NCBI GenBank assembly: GCA_964500335.1 | Contig: CAZCOI010000060.1 | Location: 1 to 56,513 of the forward strand | Length of the DNA: 56,513 nt | Source of the DNA: an uncultured Nitratifractor sp. | GTDB taxonomy: Bacteria; Campylobacterota; Campylobacteria; Campylobacterales; Sulfurovaceae | Direction: 5' to 3' | Shown here: positions 1 through 9,380 of the stretch, one piece after another | Numbering within the stretch: the first letter of the stretch is position 1 | Layout of the letters: each line of letters begins with the position of its first letter | Program-made: the position numbers and the translations under genes | The notes under the pieces: model-generated | Told to the model about the DNA's origin: nothing | Databases searched by the model: none | The model's input: the letters and a program-made list of their open reading frames with translations, nothing else

Positions 1-133
1 TTAGCTTTTTTTAACTAATTTTTAGGTAAAATTTTTTGTCAATTTATTAATGATATGTTAAGTAGGGATACGCAAGCCGAACAGATATTATTTTATAGAT
101 TTTATGACAAAATATTTTATTTGGAGAATTTTT

Positions 134-442
134 ATGAAAAAAATTGTACTTTTATTTTTAGCTTTAGCTTCAGTTGCATTTGCAAATGAGGGTGGTGCAG
201 ATTCTATGGTTCAAGCATATTCAGTAGTAGCGGCTGGTGTAGGTCTTGGTCTTGCGGCTCTTGGTGGTGCAATTGGTATGGGTCATACAGCGGCGGCTAC
301 AATTGCTGGTACTGCTAGAAACCCAGGTCTTGGTAGTAAATTAATGACTACAATGTTTATTGCTTTAGCGATGATTGAGGCGCAAGTTATCTATACTCTA
401 GTTATTGCGTTAATTGCACTTTACTCTAACCCTTTCTTATAA
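134..442 (+). CDS. atpE: F0F1 ATP synthase subunit c
   Basis: Two-helix proteolipid: Gly-rich helix 1 (AAGVGLGLAALGGAIGMG), polar loop ARNPG, helix 2 with the carboxylate in MIEAQVIY. Start moved from 104 to ATG 134, which has GGAGA 6 nt upstream. Confidence 0.93.
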   Translation: MKKIVLLFLALASVAFANEGGADSMVQAYSVVAAGVGLGLAALGGAIGMGHTAAATIAGTARNPGLGSKLMTTMFIALAMIEAQVIYTLVIALIALYSNPFL

Positions 443-455
443 TAGAGAATTTAAA

Positions 456-475
456 AAGAGGTTTTTATGCCTCTT
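456..475 (+). terminator. Candidate hairpin after atpE (AAGAGG / CCTCTT)
   Basis: 6-bp perfect stem with an 8-nt loop, 14 nt after the atpE stop. The downstream T-run is weak (CTTAT). Confidence 0.35.
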
Positions 476-510
476 CTTATACTACTTGAAACTTAAAATC
501 TTATAACTTT

Positions 511-596
511 GCGGTAGTGGTGGAATGGTAGACACGCTAGCTTGAGGGGCTAGTGAGCGTAAGCTCGTGGAGGTTCAAATCCTCTCTACCGCACCA
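511..596 (+). tRNA. tRNA-Leu, anticodon GAG, encoded CCA end
   Basis: Hand-folded. Acceptor GCGGTAG/CTACCGC; D-loop AATGGTAGAC; anticodon stem CTAGC/GCTAG with loop TTGAGGG (GAG); long variable arm TGAGCGTAAGCTCGT; T-arm GGAGG TTCAAAT CCTCT; discriminator A plus CCA. Confidence 0.93.
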
Positions 597-723
597 TTTT
601 TCACTAAAAAAACGCATTTTTTACCTTTTTTTTACATATTTTGCTTCAATTATTCCATATTTTCAAGTTTATTTAAGATTTAACTCATATAATTTGTGTA
701 TAAAATAATTTAAAAGGAAAAAT

Positions 724-1008
724 ATGACAAAAGCAGAGTTTGTAGAATTGGTAAAGGCTAATGGTGAGTTCCCTAGTAAAGCGGCGGCTGAAAAAGCTGT
801 TAAAGCATTTTTAGATTCAGTTCAAGAAGTTTTAGTAAAAGGTGATAGTGTTACATTTGTAGGATTTGGTACATTTTTAGCAGTAGATGTTCCAGAAAAG
901 AGTGGTAAAATTCCTGGAAGTGATAAAACTTATACAAAGCCAGCTCACAAAGCTCCAAAATTTAAAGCTGGAAAAACTTTAAAAGAGGCTGTAGAAGCAG
1001 GTAAATAG
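724..1008 (+). CDS. hup: HU family DNA-binding protein
   Basis: 94 aa. N-terminal MTKAEFVELV, the GFGTF beta-arm motif and a PKFKAGK tail are typical of HU/IHF-fold proteins. Confidence 0.92.
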   Translation: MTKAEFVELVKANGEFPSKAAAEKAVKAFLDSVQEVLVKGDSVTFVGFGTFLAVDVPEKSGKIPGSDKTYTKPAHKAPKFKAGKTLKEAVEAGK

Positions 1009-1017
1009 TTTATATAT

Positions 1018-1041
1018 AAAGAAATCTTAGAAGATTTCTTT
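1018..1041. terminator. Bidirectional hairpin between convergent hup and dnaJ
   Basis: Palindrome AAAGAAATCT-TAGA-AGATTTCTTT with 10-bp arms. The right arm overlaps the dnaJ stop codon (1040-1042). A/T runs lie on both sides. Confidence 0.6.
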
Positions 1042-2167
1042 ATTTAATCCACTTTTTTATTCTTTCGAAGGTACTTTCAAATATACTTTTGTGAGGCTTA
1101 CTATCAATTCCAAAGCTATCTTGTAGTTTTTGCAGAAGCTCTTTTTGCTCTTTATTCAATTTTTTAGGATATATAATTTTAATTTGTGCTATAAAGCGTC
1201 CTCTATAGCTTGGATTATTTACATTTGGAACACCTTTGTTTTTAAATATAAAATGCTCTTTATCTCTAATTTTTGGTGATAATTTTATAGTTAATTCACC
1301 TTCAAGTGAAGGAACTTTAATCTCTTCAGATAGTAAGATTTGAGTAAAAAATACTGGAACTTCAATATATATATCATCACCATCTCTAACAAAGTGTTCA
1401 TCATCTTTTATATCAAAATGGATGTATAAATCGCCTCTGTGTCCATTATTTGCTAAATTACCTTTAGCAGGAACTCTTAATCTATTTCCAACATCTACAC
1501 CGGCTGGAATATTAACTGTAATTGTTTCACTTTTATTAACTCCACCAACTCCATTACAGTTAGTACAAATATCTTTTGGAATTTTTCCTTTACCCTGGCA
1601 TTTTGGACACTCTTGAGTATATGTCATAAATCCTTGACGCATCATAATTTGACCATGCCCATGACAATAGCTACAGGTAATGAACTCTGCATTTTTTGCA
1701 CCTGTACCTTTACACTCTTTACAAGGCTCTTTGTAAGTTATATCTATCTCTTTTTCACATCCAAATATTGCTTCATTAAACTCTAAGGTTGTTTCTATTT
1801 CTATATCTAGTGGATATGGCATAGATGAACGATGATTATTTGCTCTTCTTCCAAAACCAAAAGCATCTCCAAACATTGAGTTAAATATATCCATAATATC
1901 ATCCATACTGCTTGAGCCAAATCCACTACTAGCTCCTTGATTATTAAGACCTTCTTTGCCGTACATATCATAAATTTCTCTTTTCTTTTCATCGCTTAAA
2001 ACAGCGTATGCTTCATTTATAAGCTTAAATTTCTCTTCGGCTTCTTTGTTGCCTGGATTTTTATCTGGATGATATTTAAGTGCAAGTCTTCTATATGCTT
2101 TTTTAATTTCTGTTGTTGTTGCATCTTTTGATATATTTAAAACTTCATAGTAACAAACCTCTTGCAT
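1040..2167 (-). CDS. dnaJ: Molecular chaperone DnaJ (type I, J domain + G/F region + zinc finger)
   Basis: J domain with KYHPDKN; G/F-rich linker; four CxxCxGxG repeats ([32 protein letters not shown]). Start set at [10 protein letters not shown] (ATG 2167) rather than the ORF-track 2209. Confidence 0.93.
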   Translation of the reverse strand: MQEVCYYEVLNISKDATTTEIKKAYRRLALKYHPDKNPGNKEAEEKFKLINEAYAVLSDEKKREIYDMYGKEGLNNQGASSGFGSSSMDDIMDIFNSMFGDAFGFGRRANNHRSSMPYPLDIEIETTLEFNEAIFGCEKEIDITYKEPCKECKGTGAKNAEFITCSYCHGHGQIMMRQGFMTYTQECPKCQGKGKIPKDICTNCNGVGGVNKSETITVNIPAGVDVGNRLRVPAKGNLANNGHRGDLYIHFDIKDDEHFVRDGDDIYIEVPVFFTQILLSEEIKVPSLEGELTIKLSPKIRDKEHFIFKNKGVPNVNNPSYRGRFIAQIKIIYPKKLNKEQKELLQKLQDSFGIDSKPHKSIFESTFERIKKWIK

Positions 2168-2258
2168 AGATATAACCTTTTTTTTAAATTTTGTGCGTAA
2201 TTTTATCACATTATTATATAATTTTATAAAAATAAAAAGAGTAAATTAAAGGTTTTTT

Positions 2259-2552
2259 ATGATTACACATATTGTTATGATTAAGTTTAAGGAAGATTGT
2301 TCAAAAGAGCAGATTTTAGAGATAAAAAAAGATATTGAAAATTTAAAAGATTTAATTGATGTTGTAAAGTTTATGGAGGTTGGCATAAATTTTGCTAATG
2401 AGGATAGAGCAATGGATTTAGTATTAACCGCAAAGTTTGATACAAAAGATGATTTAGATATTTATGCTAAAGATGCAATCCATCAAAAGGTAATAGAAAA
2501 AATTAAAAAAGTTGCAGAGTACACAAAAGTAGTAGATTATATAAATGAATAA
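2259..2552 (+). CDS. Dabb (stress-responsive alpha/beta barrel) family protein
   Basis: 97 aa. The pattern ITHIVMIKFKE...EVG.NF...DLVL...F....DL..Y...H is typical of the Dabb domain. Confidence 0.75.
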   Translation: MITHIVMIKFKEDCSKEQILEIKKDIENLKDLIDVVKFMEVGINFANEDRAMDLVLTAKFDTKDDLDIYAKDAIHQKVIEKIKKVAEYTKVVDYINE

Positions 2553-3108
2553 GTTAGAGCCATTTAAAAATCTAGTAGAAGCATTTAATCAATTACCAGG
2601 GATTGGTGAAAAAAGTGCAATAAAGCTAGCTTACCATATAGTAACAAATGGGCAGTATGATGGAGTTAAGTTAGCACATGCTATTGAAAGTGCAGTTGAG
2701 TCTATTCATAGATGCCAAAGGTGTCATAATTTAAGTGAAGATGAGTTATGCTATATTTGCAGTGATGAGAGTAGAGATAGAAGTAAAGTTTGTTTAGTTG
2801 AGAGTGCAAAAGATATTTTAACTATTGAAAAATTAGGACAGTATAATGGCTTGTATTATGTCTTAAGTGATATAGATACATTTGATTTAACTCATCTAAA
2901 AGAGGCTATAAAAGATGCAAAAGAGCTAATATTTGCATTTGCTCCATCAATTGCAAGCGATACTATGATGCTTTATATTGAGAGCCAATTAGAAGATTTA
3001 GATATAAAATTTACAAAAATTGCACAAGGTGTTCCTACCGGCGTTTCATTAGAAAATATAGATACTCTCTCATTAGCAAGAGCAATTGAAGATAGAGTAT
3101 CTATATGA
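2545..3108 (+). CDS. recR: Recombination protein RecR
   Basis: HhH motif LPGIGEKSA, C4 zinc finger CQRCHN...CYIC, Toprim region. Overlaps the upstream ORF by 8 nt. Confidence 0.94.
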   Translation: MNKLEPFKNLVEAFNQLPGIGEKSAIKLAYHIVTNGQYDGVKLAHAIESAVESIHRCQRCHNLSEDELCYICSDESRDRSKVCLVESAKDILTIEKLGQYNGLYYVLSDIDTFDLTHLKEAIKDAKELIFAFAPSIASDTMMLYIESQLEDLDIKFTKIAQGVPTGVSLENIDTLSLARAIEDRVSI

Positions 3109-4312
3109 TTTGCTCTCCATTTATATAGACATAACTTGCTTTATTATTAAAAATTATTGAGTTTAGCGCAATTGAGTCTTTATTATTATTAAAATCGTTT
3201 GGTAATTTTAAAATAGTAAAATCGGCAAAGTAATCTTTTTTAATTTTGCCTATTTTTAGATTTGTAGCTTTTGAAGCATTTGTTGTAACAGACTTAATTA
3301 AATTAAATGCAAGTTCTTTTGTAGGAATGTTAGTATGCATAAATAGAGCGCTTTTTAGTTCATTTAAAATTGATAACGAGTAGTTTGAACTTAATCCATC
3401 TGTTCCTAAAAGAAGATTATTAACACTATTTATATCTAATTTTCCACAATTTAGTAATCTATTTGATATTGGGCAGTGAATGATTGAGCTATTATTGTTA
3501 TTAATTATGTTAATCTCATCTTTTGTGGCTTGAGTAGCGTGAGTAAAGAGAGTTTTTATATCTTTAAAAGCATTTAAAAATTCTTTAATTGAGTTTACTG
3601 GTTTAGAGGTGTTAAAGAATTTTTCAAATAGTTTTTTGAACTCTCCGCTACTATTTTCTAGCCACTCTCTTTCGTATGATGATTCTAAAAAGTGTGCACT
3701 TACTAAAAGATTTTTCTCTTTAGCTATTTTTAAAACCTCTTTTAAGAGTATTGGGTGTACTGAATATGGTGAATGTATAGCAATTGCTGGATAGAAGTTA
3801 TGGCTTTTTAGTTTGGCTGACTCTTCTAATCTTATTTTAAAATCTTTAAAAAGAGCATCTACCATTGATGCAACAGAACCTATTACTTCGTTAAAATATA
3901 TTACTCTTAAAGGGGTATTTTTGCATATTTGCATATCTGCTCCAAAGCTAGATATTGCACCAAAAGTAGTTACACCGCTATATAGCATTTGATTAATAGC
4001 ATTTTCTAAAATATTTTGATTTAGATTATTTACTAATTTATCTCTATACTCAAATACACTATATAGCCACTCCATAAAATCGCCAAGTTTTAGCATAGAT
4101 TGATTTGCACTAAACTCTAAATGAGTGTGCATATTGATAAATCCTGGATATATTACATAGTTATTATTGTAAATTTTTGGCGTAATATTTGGATATTTTT
4201 TAGTTAAATTTTCTAAACTGTCAATCTCTAAAATTTTATTATTAAATAAAATGGCACTATTTTCTAAGAACTCATTATTAGCAAATATATATTTAGCTGA
4301 TATTATTTTCAC
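3101..4312 (-). CDS. Metal-dependent amidohydrolase (chlorohydrolase / aminodeoxyfutalosine-deaminase-like)
   Basis: GFINMHTHLE metal-binding motif near the N-terminus; downstream HxxxS and TDG motifs. Lies divergent from aroQ, as in Campylobacter. The specific substrate is inference only. Confidence 0.75.
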   Translation of the reverse strand: MKIISAKYIFANNEFLENSAILFNNKILEIDSLENLTKKYPNITPKIYNNNYVIYPGFINMHTHLEFSANQSMLKLGDFMEWLYSVFEYRDKLVNNLNQNILENAINQMLYSGVTTFGAISSFGADMQICKNTPLRVIYFNEVIGSVASMVDALFKDFKIRLEESAKLKSHNFYPAIAIHSPYSVHPILLKEVLKIAKEKNLLVSAHFLESSYEREWLENSSGEFKKLFEKFFNTSKPVNSIKEFLNAFKDIKTLFTHATQATKDEINIINNNNSSIIHCPISNRLLNCGKLDINSVNNLLLGTDGLSSNYSLSILNELKSALFMHTNIPTKELAFNLIKSVTTNASKATNLKIGKIKKDYFADFTILKLPNDFNNNKDSIALNSIIFNNKASYVYINGEQII

Positions 4313-4378
4313 TATTTAAACCTTTTATAACAACACTTTTAATAGAATTATAGCAAATTTAATAATAAAGGTTGGTAT

Positions 4379-4852
4379 ATGAAAATAGTTGTAATTCAAG
4401 GACCAAATTTAAATATGCTTGGAGTTAGAGAGCAACATATCTATGGGCCGATGAAATTAGAAGAGATTCATCAGCAGATGAAAAGTTTTGCAGAGCAAAA
4501 TCAGGTTGAAATTGAGTTTTTTCAAAGTAATTTAGAGGGTGAGATTGTAGATAGAATTCAAGAGTGTATGGGTGATGCTGATGGAATTATTATTAATCCT
4601 GCGGCTTATTCTCATACTTCTATTGCGATTCGTGATGCAATTGCGGCTGTAGAGATTCCTACAATAGAGGTGCATTTAAGTAATATTCATGCAAGAGAGG
4701 ATTTTAGAAAAAAATCTTTAACAGCAGAGGTTTGTGCTGGTGTAATTGCTGGAATGGGACCTTTTGGATACCATTTAGCAATGATTGGAATTATTCAGGT
4801 AATGAATGAGATAAAAGCTATGAAAGAGGCGCAACAAAATCAAGAGGCATAG
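4379..4852 (+). CDS. aroQ: Type II 3-dehydroquinate dehydratase
   Basis: [25 protein letters not shown] and EVHLSNI motifs. Confidence 0.95.
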   Translation: MKIVVIQGPNLNMLGVREQHIYGPMKLEEIHQQMKSFAEQNQVEIEFFQSNLEGEIVDRIQECMGDADGIIINPAAYSHTSIAIRDAIAAVEIPTIEVHLSNIHAREDFRKKSLTAEVCAGVIAGMGPFGYHLAMIGIIQVMNEIKAMKEAQQNQEA

Positions 4853-4892
4853 TTAGCCTCTACTTTCTACTTAACTTTTTGGAGCTTTCCTA

Positions 4893-5912
4893 ATGAATTA
4901 TATTGTTTTTAAAAATGAGAGTGCTTTATATTATGAGTGTAATTATAGTTGTGATAATGCAATTTTTTTAAAGCTAGGTAAAGAAGCTTTTTTTATTACA
5001 GATGGAAGATATGAGATAGAGGCTAAAAGAGCTATTAAGAGAGCACAAGTTTTAATAACAAATACATTGCTTGATAAATTAATTGAGATTCTTAAAAAAA
5101 ATAGGGTAAAAAATATTGCAATTGACCCTGTAGAGTGGGATATATATAGTTTTGATAGATTAAAAAGTCAAGTTCCTACAAAATTTAAATTTATACCAAA
5201 TATGTCCCATAAAAAGAGAGTTATAAAGAGTGCTAAAGAGATAAAGTATCTTAAAAAGGCAGTAAAATTAGGAAAAGATAGTTTTAAAAAGATTGCATTT
5301 GCACTAAATAATTTAGAAGGCTCTAATGAGATAGAGCTTAATTTTATAATTGAGTCATATTTAAGAGATTATGGTTTAAGAGATTTAAGTTTTGAACCAA
5401 TTTTTGCAATTAATGAAAATGCGGCAAAGCCACATGCTATTGCATCTAAAAAGTCTTTAAAAAAGGGGGATTTAATACTTTTAGATGCTGGAGTTAAATA
5501 TAAAAGATATTGTTCTGATAGAACTAGAACAGCTTATTATGATAAAGATTTTACTTTTAATACTAAACAGAAATTTAAATCTAACAAGATTCAAAAAGCA
5601 TATGATTGTGTTTTGAAAGCTCATGATATGGCAATAAAAAAAGCAAGAGCTGGAATGAGAGCAAAAGATATAGATAAAATAGCAAGAGATGTTATAGAGA
5701 AAAAAGGATTTGGTAAATATTTTGTACACTCAACAGGACACGGAGTTGGTATTGATATTCATGAGATGCCATATATCTCATATAAAAGCGATACTGTTAT
5801 AGAAGATGGAATGGTATTTACAATAGAGCCTGGTATTTATATAGAAGGTGAGTTTGGAATAAGAATAGAAGATATGGTAGTAATTAGTAATTCTAAAGCA
5901 GAGGTTTTATAA
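4893..5912 (+). CDS. M24 family Xaa-Pro aminopeptidase
   Basis: Pita-bread fold motifs: DAGV.Y..YCSD.TRT, HSTGHGVG..IHE, EPGIY and GIRIED. Sits between aroQ and folK as in Helicobacter. Confidence 0.88.
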   Translation: MNYIVFKNESALYYECNYSCDNAIFLKLGKEAFFITDGRYEIEAKRAIKRAQVLITNTLLDKLIEILKKNRVKNIAIDPVEWDIYSFDRLKSQVPTKFKFIPNMSHKKRVIKSAKEIKYLKKAVKLGKDSFKKIAFALNNLEGSNEIELNFIIESYLRDYGLRDLSFEPIFAINENAAKPHAIASKKSLKKGDLILLDAGVKYKRYCSDRTRTAYYDKDFTFNTKQKFKSNKIQKAYDCVLKAHDMAIKKARAGMRAKDIDKIARDVIEKKGFGKYFVHSTGHGVGIDIHEMPYISYKSDTVIEDGMVFTIEPGIYIEGEFGIRIEDMVVISNSKAEVL

Positions 5913-5920
5913 GGATATAA

Positions 5921-6466
5921 GTGGGTGGATATATATATTTAAAAAGAGGAGATAAAAGAGTAATAAAGAGTTTAGATTTTCCTTCTAATACTAATAAATA
6001 TAACTGTAAAAATGTGGTTATATTGGGAATAGGGGGAAATATAGGAGATACAAAACGAGTATTTAAACGCCTTTTAGTAAAGTTTAGAAGAGATAGATTA
6101 TTAAATATACATACTACTTCTATTATTTATAAAAATCCTCCTTTTGGGTATTTAAAGCAACCATATTTTTATAATAGTATTATATTAGCATCGACTTATT
6201 TGAAACCTTTAGAGTTTTTAAGATATACTCAAAGAGTAGAAAAGTATTTTAGAAGAAAAAGAGAGTTTAAAGATTCGCCAAGAACATTAGATTTAGATAT
6301 AATATTTTATAATAATCTAAAAGTTAATAAAGCACCTAAGCTTATTATTCCACATCCTAATTGGAGTGAAAGAGATAGTGTGCTAATACCACTTAAATAT
6401 TTAAAAGGGAATAGATGCTTAAAGAGAGTTTTATTGCGCCAACACCAATTGAAGCATATAAATTAG
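5921..6466 (+). CDS. folK: 2-amino-4-hydroxy-6-hydroxymethyldihydropteridine pyrophosphokinase
   Basis: HPPK motifs LGIGGNIGD, Y.N.PFG, RTLDLDII and IPHP. A GTG at 5921 gives a 30-aa extension; an alternative GTG at 6014 lies just before the conserved core. Confidence 0.85.
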   Translation: MGGYIYLKRGDKRVIKSLDFPSNTNKYNCKNVVILGIGGNIGDTKRVFKRLLVKFRRDRLLNIHTTSIIYKNPPFGYLKQPYFYNSIILASTYLKPLEFLRYTQRVEKYFRRKREFKDSPRTLDLDIIFYNNLKVNKAPKLIIPHPNWSERDSVLIPLKYLKGNRCLKRVLLRQHQLKHIN

Positions 6467-7476
6467 CTATACAAAAGTATGGCTCAATTGATAATTTTAA
6501 AGTTGTTAAAGCTTCTCAATATAAAGATAATGATGGAAATTTAAAAGCAGAAATTACCATAGAAGTAGATGAAGAGACTTTTAAAAAATATGCAGGAATT
6601 GATGAAGAAGAGGCTTTGCTTGAAGAGATTAAGGTTTTAAAATCTAAAATGGATAAAATGAAAGAGGCATTAGCTCCTAAACCTAAAAATGAGACTTCAA
6701 TAAAAGAGATAAAAGAGCTTTTAATTAATAAAGGTTTAAATAAAAGTTGGGTTGATTATATGTTAGACCCTTTTATTGGAACACAAGTTGCTGATGATAA
6801 ATCTTTATTATTATCTTTTGTATTAGAAGAGATTGAAGAGGCAATTAATATTGCAAAAGCTCCAATAGATAAGAAGATTAATCTATTTGTTGGACCAACA
6901 GGAGTTGGTAAAACTACAACATTAGCAAAAATTGTTGCTTGGTGTATGAAAAAAGGTATAAAAAGAGAATCAATTGCTATTGTAAACTTAGATAACTATA
7001 GGGTTGGTGCTTATGAACAGTTAGGTTTTTATGCAAAAAGTTTGGGAGTAGATTATTACTGTATAGAAGGAGCAGATGAGTTATTTGAGTTGTTATCTAC
7101 AATTGGTAGTAAAGATTTAATATTTTTAGATACAGCTGGTAGCTCTCCTTATGATATAGAGAAGCTTTTAAATACAGTAAAATTATATAGAAGCAGTTCA
7201 AGAAATGATAACTCTATAAATTTAGTTATATCTGCTTCTTCTAAATATGTGGATTTAAAAGATATTTATGAGCATTTCTCTTTTTTAAATATAGATAAAG
7301 TAATAGTTACAAAAGTTGATGAGACAAAAAATACAGGTAATTTAATAGCTTTTCTATTAGATACAAAATTGCCAGTCTCTTTTATTACAACTGGTCAAAA
7401 TGTTCCGCAAGATTTAAAAATTGCTTCAAAAAGAGCCATATTAGAGTATTTTATTGGCGATATAGATGATGAATAA
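6415..7476 (+). CDS. flhF: Flagellar biosynthesis GTPase FlhF
   Basis: SRP-type GTPase motifs GPTGVGKTTTLAKI (G1), DTAG (G3) and TKVDET (G4), with an acidic N-terminal B region. Position after folK matches Helicobacter/Campylobacter synteny. Confidence 0.88.
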   Translation: MLKESFIAPTPIEAYKLAIQKYGSIDNFKVVKASQYKDNDGNLKAEITIEVDEETFKKYAGIDEEEALLEEIKVLKSKMDKMKEALAPKPKNETSIKEIKELLINKGLNKSWVDYMLDPFIGTQVADDKSLLLSFVLEEIEEAINIAKAPIDKKINLFVGPTGVGKTTTLAKIVAWCMKKGIKRESIAIVNLDNYRVGAYEQLGFYAKSLGVDYYCIEGADELFELLSTIGSKDLIFLDTAGSSPYDIEKLLNTVKLYRSSSRNDNSINLVISASSKYVDLKDIYEHFSFLNIDKVIVTKVDETKNTGNLIAFLLDTKLPVSFITTGQNVPQDLKIASKRAILEYFIGDIDDE

Positions 7477-7885
7477 TTTGCAAGCAAACTCATTAGCAAC
7501 AAAAAAAGAGAGTTATTTTGTTAGTGAGCCTATAGAGTTTAATAAAAAAGATTTTAAAAAATTAAATAAAAACTCTTGGCTAAAAATAGAACAAAGTAGT
7601 TTAAATATAGTAATATCAGAAGATAGTGGCTTTGTAAAAGGGAGACTTTTTAGCAAAGATAGCTATATTTTTATTAAAAAAAAGAGTATAACAAAAAAAG
7701 AGTTTAGAGCAAAAAAAGGTCATTTTTTAATAAGATGCAATTTAGAAAAAGAGTTAATAAATTTAACTACTGCTATTGCAAAAGAGCATATAAGCGGAGT
7801 AATTATAAAAGATAGATTAGAGTTTGCATTAATTAATTTATATATTAAAGATACTATCTATTTAGAGATTAAGGAGATATTATAA
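7466..7885 (+). CDS. Hypothetical protein (139 aa, Lys-rich) coupled to flhF
   Basis: Open frame overlapping the flhF end by 11 nt. No motif recognised and no TM segment. Confidence 0.5.
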   Translation: MMNNLQANSLATKKESYFVSEPIEFNKKDFKKLNKNSWLKIEQSSLNIVISEDSGFVKGRLFSKDSYIFIKKKSITKKEFRAKKGHFLIRCNLEKELINLTTAIAKEHISGVIIKDRLEFALINLYIKDTIYLEIKEIL

Positions 7886-7902
7886 AAAAGGTACTTTTAG
7901 GA

Positions 7903-8910
7903 ATGAGTGGAGGAGTGGATTCTACAGTTAGTGCTGTACTTTTGCAAGAGATGGGTTATGAAGTAGTTGGCATATATATGATTATGCATAATTTAGAAGA
8001 GTTAAATAGAAAAAATATAGCAAAAGCAAAAAAAGTTGCTAAATATTTGGGTATAGAGCTTTTAATTTATGATATACAAGATAGCTTTAAAGATTTAGTA
8101 TATAGCTATTTTATAGACTCTTATAAAGAAGGACTAACACCAAATCCGTGTGTAGTATGTAATAGACAAATTAAATTTGGGAAGATGGTTGAGTTTGCCA
8201 ACTCTCTTAATATTGAAAAGATAGCTACAGGACATTATGTAAGAGTTAAAGATGGCTTTTTTTATAAGGGAAAAGATTTAAGTAAAGATCAAAGTTACTT
8301 TTTAGCAGAAGTTAAAAAAGATATAGTAAATAGGGTAATATTTCCGCTTGGAGAGTGGCTAAAAGAGGATGTTAAAAAGTTTGCTAATAATATAGAGGTT
8401 TTAAAAGAGTTTGCTAAACAGAGTGAAAGTAGTGAAATATGTTTTGTTGAGAATAGTTATGTTGAGATATTAAATAGACATTTTAATACAAATAAACCTG
8501 GTGTTGTGAAAGATATCAATGGTAAAGTAGTTGGTGAACATAAGGGGTATATGCATTATACTATAGGCAAAAGGAGAGGTTTTTTTGTAAAAGGTGCGCA
8601 TACTCCACATTATGTATTAGATTTAGATGCAAAAAATAATACTTTAATTGTTGGCACTAAAGATATGTTGCAAAAAAACTTTATAAAAATTGCAAATATA
8701 AATCTATTTATTAATAGAAGTGAGTTTGAGTGTGAAGTAAAGGTAAGATATAGAACAAAAGGTGTTAGAGCCAAAGTAACAATTATTAATAATTTAGGAA
8801 CAATAGAGCTTTTTGAACCAGTTTTAGGGATTGCAAAAGGACAATTTGCTGTATTTTATGATGGTGATAAACTTTTAGGTGGTGGAGAGATTATTGGAGT
8901 TTTAGATTAG
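7903..8910 (+). CDS. mnmA: tRNA 2-thiouridine(34) synthase MnmA
   Basis: PP-loop SGGVDS, NPCVVCN, GHY and DQSYFL motifs. The true start is probably a few codons upstream (see findings). Confidence 0.93.
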   Translation: MSGGVDSTVSAVLLQEMGYEVVGIYMIMHNLEELNRKNIAKAKKVAKYLGIELLIYDIQDSFKDLVYSYFIDSYKEGLTPNPCVVCNRQIKFGKMVEFANSLNIEKIATGHYVRVKDGFFYKGKDLSKDQSYFLAEVKKDIVNRVIFPLGEWLKEDVKKFANNIEVLKEFAKQSESSEICFVENSYVEILNRHFNTNKPGVVKDINGKVVGEHKGYMHYTIGKRRGFFVKGAHTPHYVLDLDAKNNTLIVGTKDMLQKNFIKIANINLFINRSEFECEVKVRYRTKGVRAKVTIINNLGTIELFEPVLGIAKGQFAVFYDGDKLLGGGEIIGVLD

Positions 8911-8924
8911 GCTAAAAGCCTAAT
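8906..8924. terminator. Bidirectional hairpin between convergent mnmA and csp
   Basis: ATTAGGC-TAAAA-GCCTAAT, a perfect 7-bp stem. The left arm overlaps the mnmA stop and ATTT follows. Confidence 0.55.
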
Positions 8925-8940
8925 ATTTAAGTAGTATAAG

Positions 8941-9162
8941 TTAGTTTACTACTGTTACATTTTCAGCTTGTGGGCCTTTTAAACCTTCGCCAATTTCATA
9001 AGTTACTTTTTGACCATCTTGAAGAGATACACGCCCTCCATTAGGATTATTAACTTGACGAAAATGAACAAATAAATCTCCATTACCGTTATCTTGAGAT
9101 ATAAAACCATAACCTTTTTCATCGTTGAACCATTTAACTGTGCCTTCTAAAACTTTAGACAT
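8941..9162 (-). CDS. Cold-shock protein (CspA family)
   Basis: 73 aa with RNP1 KGYGFI and RNP2 LFVHF motifs. Confidence 0.95.
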   Translation of the reverse strand: MSKVLEGTVKWFNDEKGYGFISQDNGNGDLFVHFRQVNNPNGGRVSLQDGQKVTYEIGEGLKGPQAENVTVVN

Positions 9163-9301
9163 TTTGTACCTTTAAAATAAATATAGATTACACTTATATA
9201 AATAAGCGGAAAATATGTGGAAGTTTTTCTAGCAGGGGTAACACAAAGTAACGCATTGCAAGAAGAGAATCTATCCCTCATTCTTTTCAAAAAACATTAT
9301 A
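9163..9301 (-). promoter_or_regulatory. Candidate csp promoter (-10 TATAAT on the minus strand at 9296-9301) and ~125-nt 5' leader
   Basis: The minus strand reads TTACTTTATAAAATATAGATATAAT, then a long untranslated leader before AAAGGTACAAAATG. Long leaders are typical of cspA-type genes. Confidence 0.4.
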
Positions 9302-9380
9302 TCTATATTTTATAAAGTAAAGATTAATAATGCAACTTTTTAGTATAATATGGTTATTTTCTTTATTGTGGAGAAGTAGT

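Noticed and set aside
605-616. Shared 12-mer TAAAAAAACGCA at 605-616 and 56464-56475
   Set aside because: It is low-complexity A-tract sequence in an AT-rich genome. The flanks do not align beyond the 12-mer, so I do not treat it as a repeat element.
443-723. tRNA-Leu as an integration hotspot or genomic island border
   Set aside because: There is no integrase, no direct repeat of the tRNA 3' end, and no compositional change. The flanking genes (atpE, hup) are core genes.
1422-1992. Short ORFs (61-64 aa) within dnaJ on both strands
   Set aside because: They are nested in or antisense to a confidently called gene. The same applies to similar short track entries at 3609, 5481, 12298, 23968, 27439, 39826, 43113, 43952, 44144, 49905, 50659, 53191, 55009 and 55570.
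6415-6466. folK/flhF overlap as a frameshift or gene fusion
   Set aside because: Both proteins have complete conserved cores in their own frames. The overlap only involves the non-conserved folK tail.
9330-9380. 17-codon N-terminal extension of speA suggested by the ORF track
   Set aside because: The extension (MQLFSIIWLFSLLWRSS) has no SD. The internal ATG 9381 has GGAGAAG upstream and yields the conserved SpeA N-terminus.
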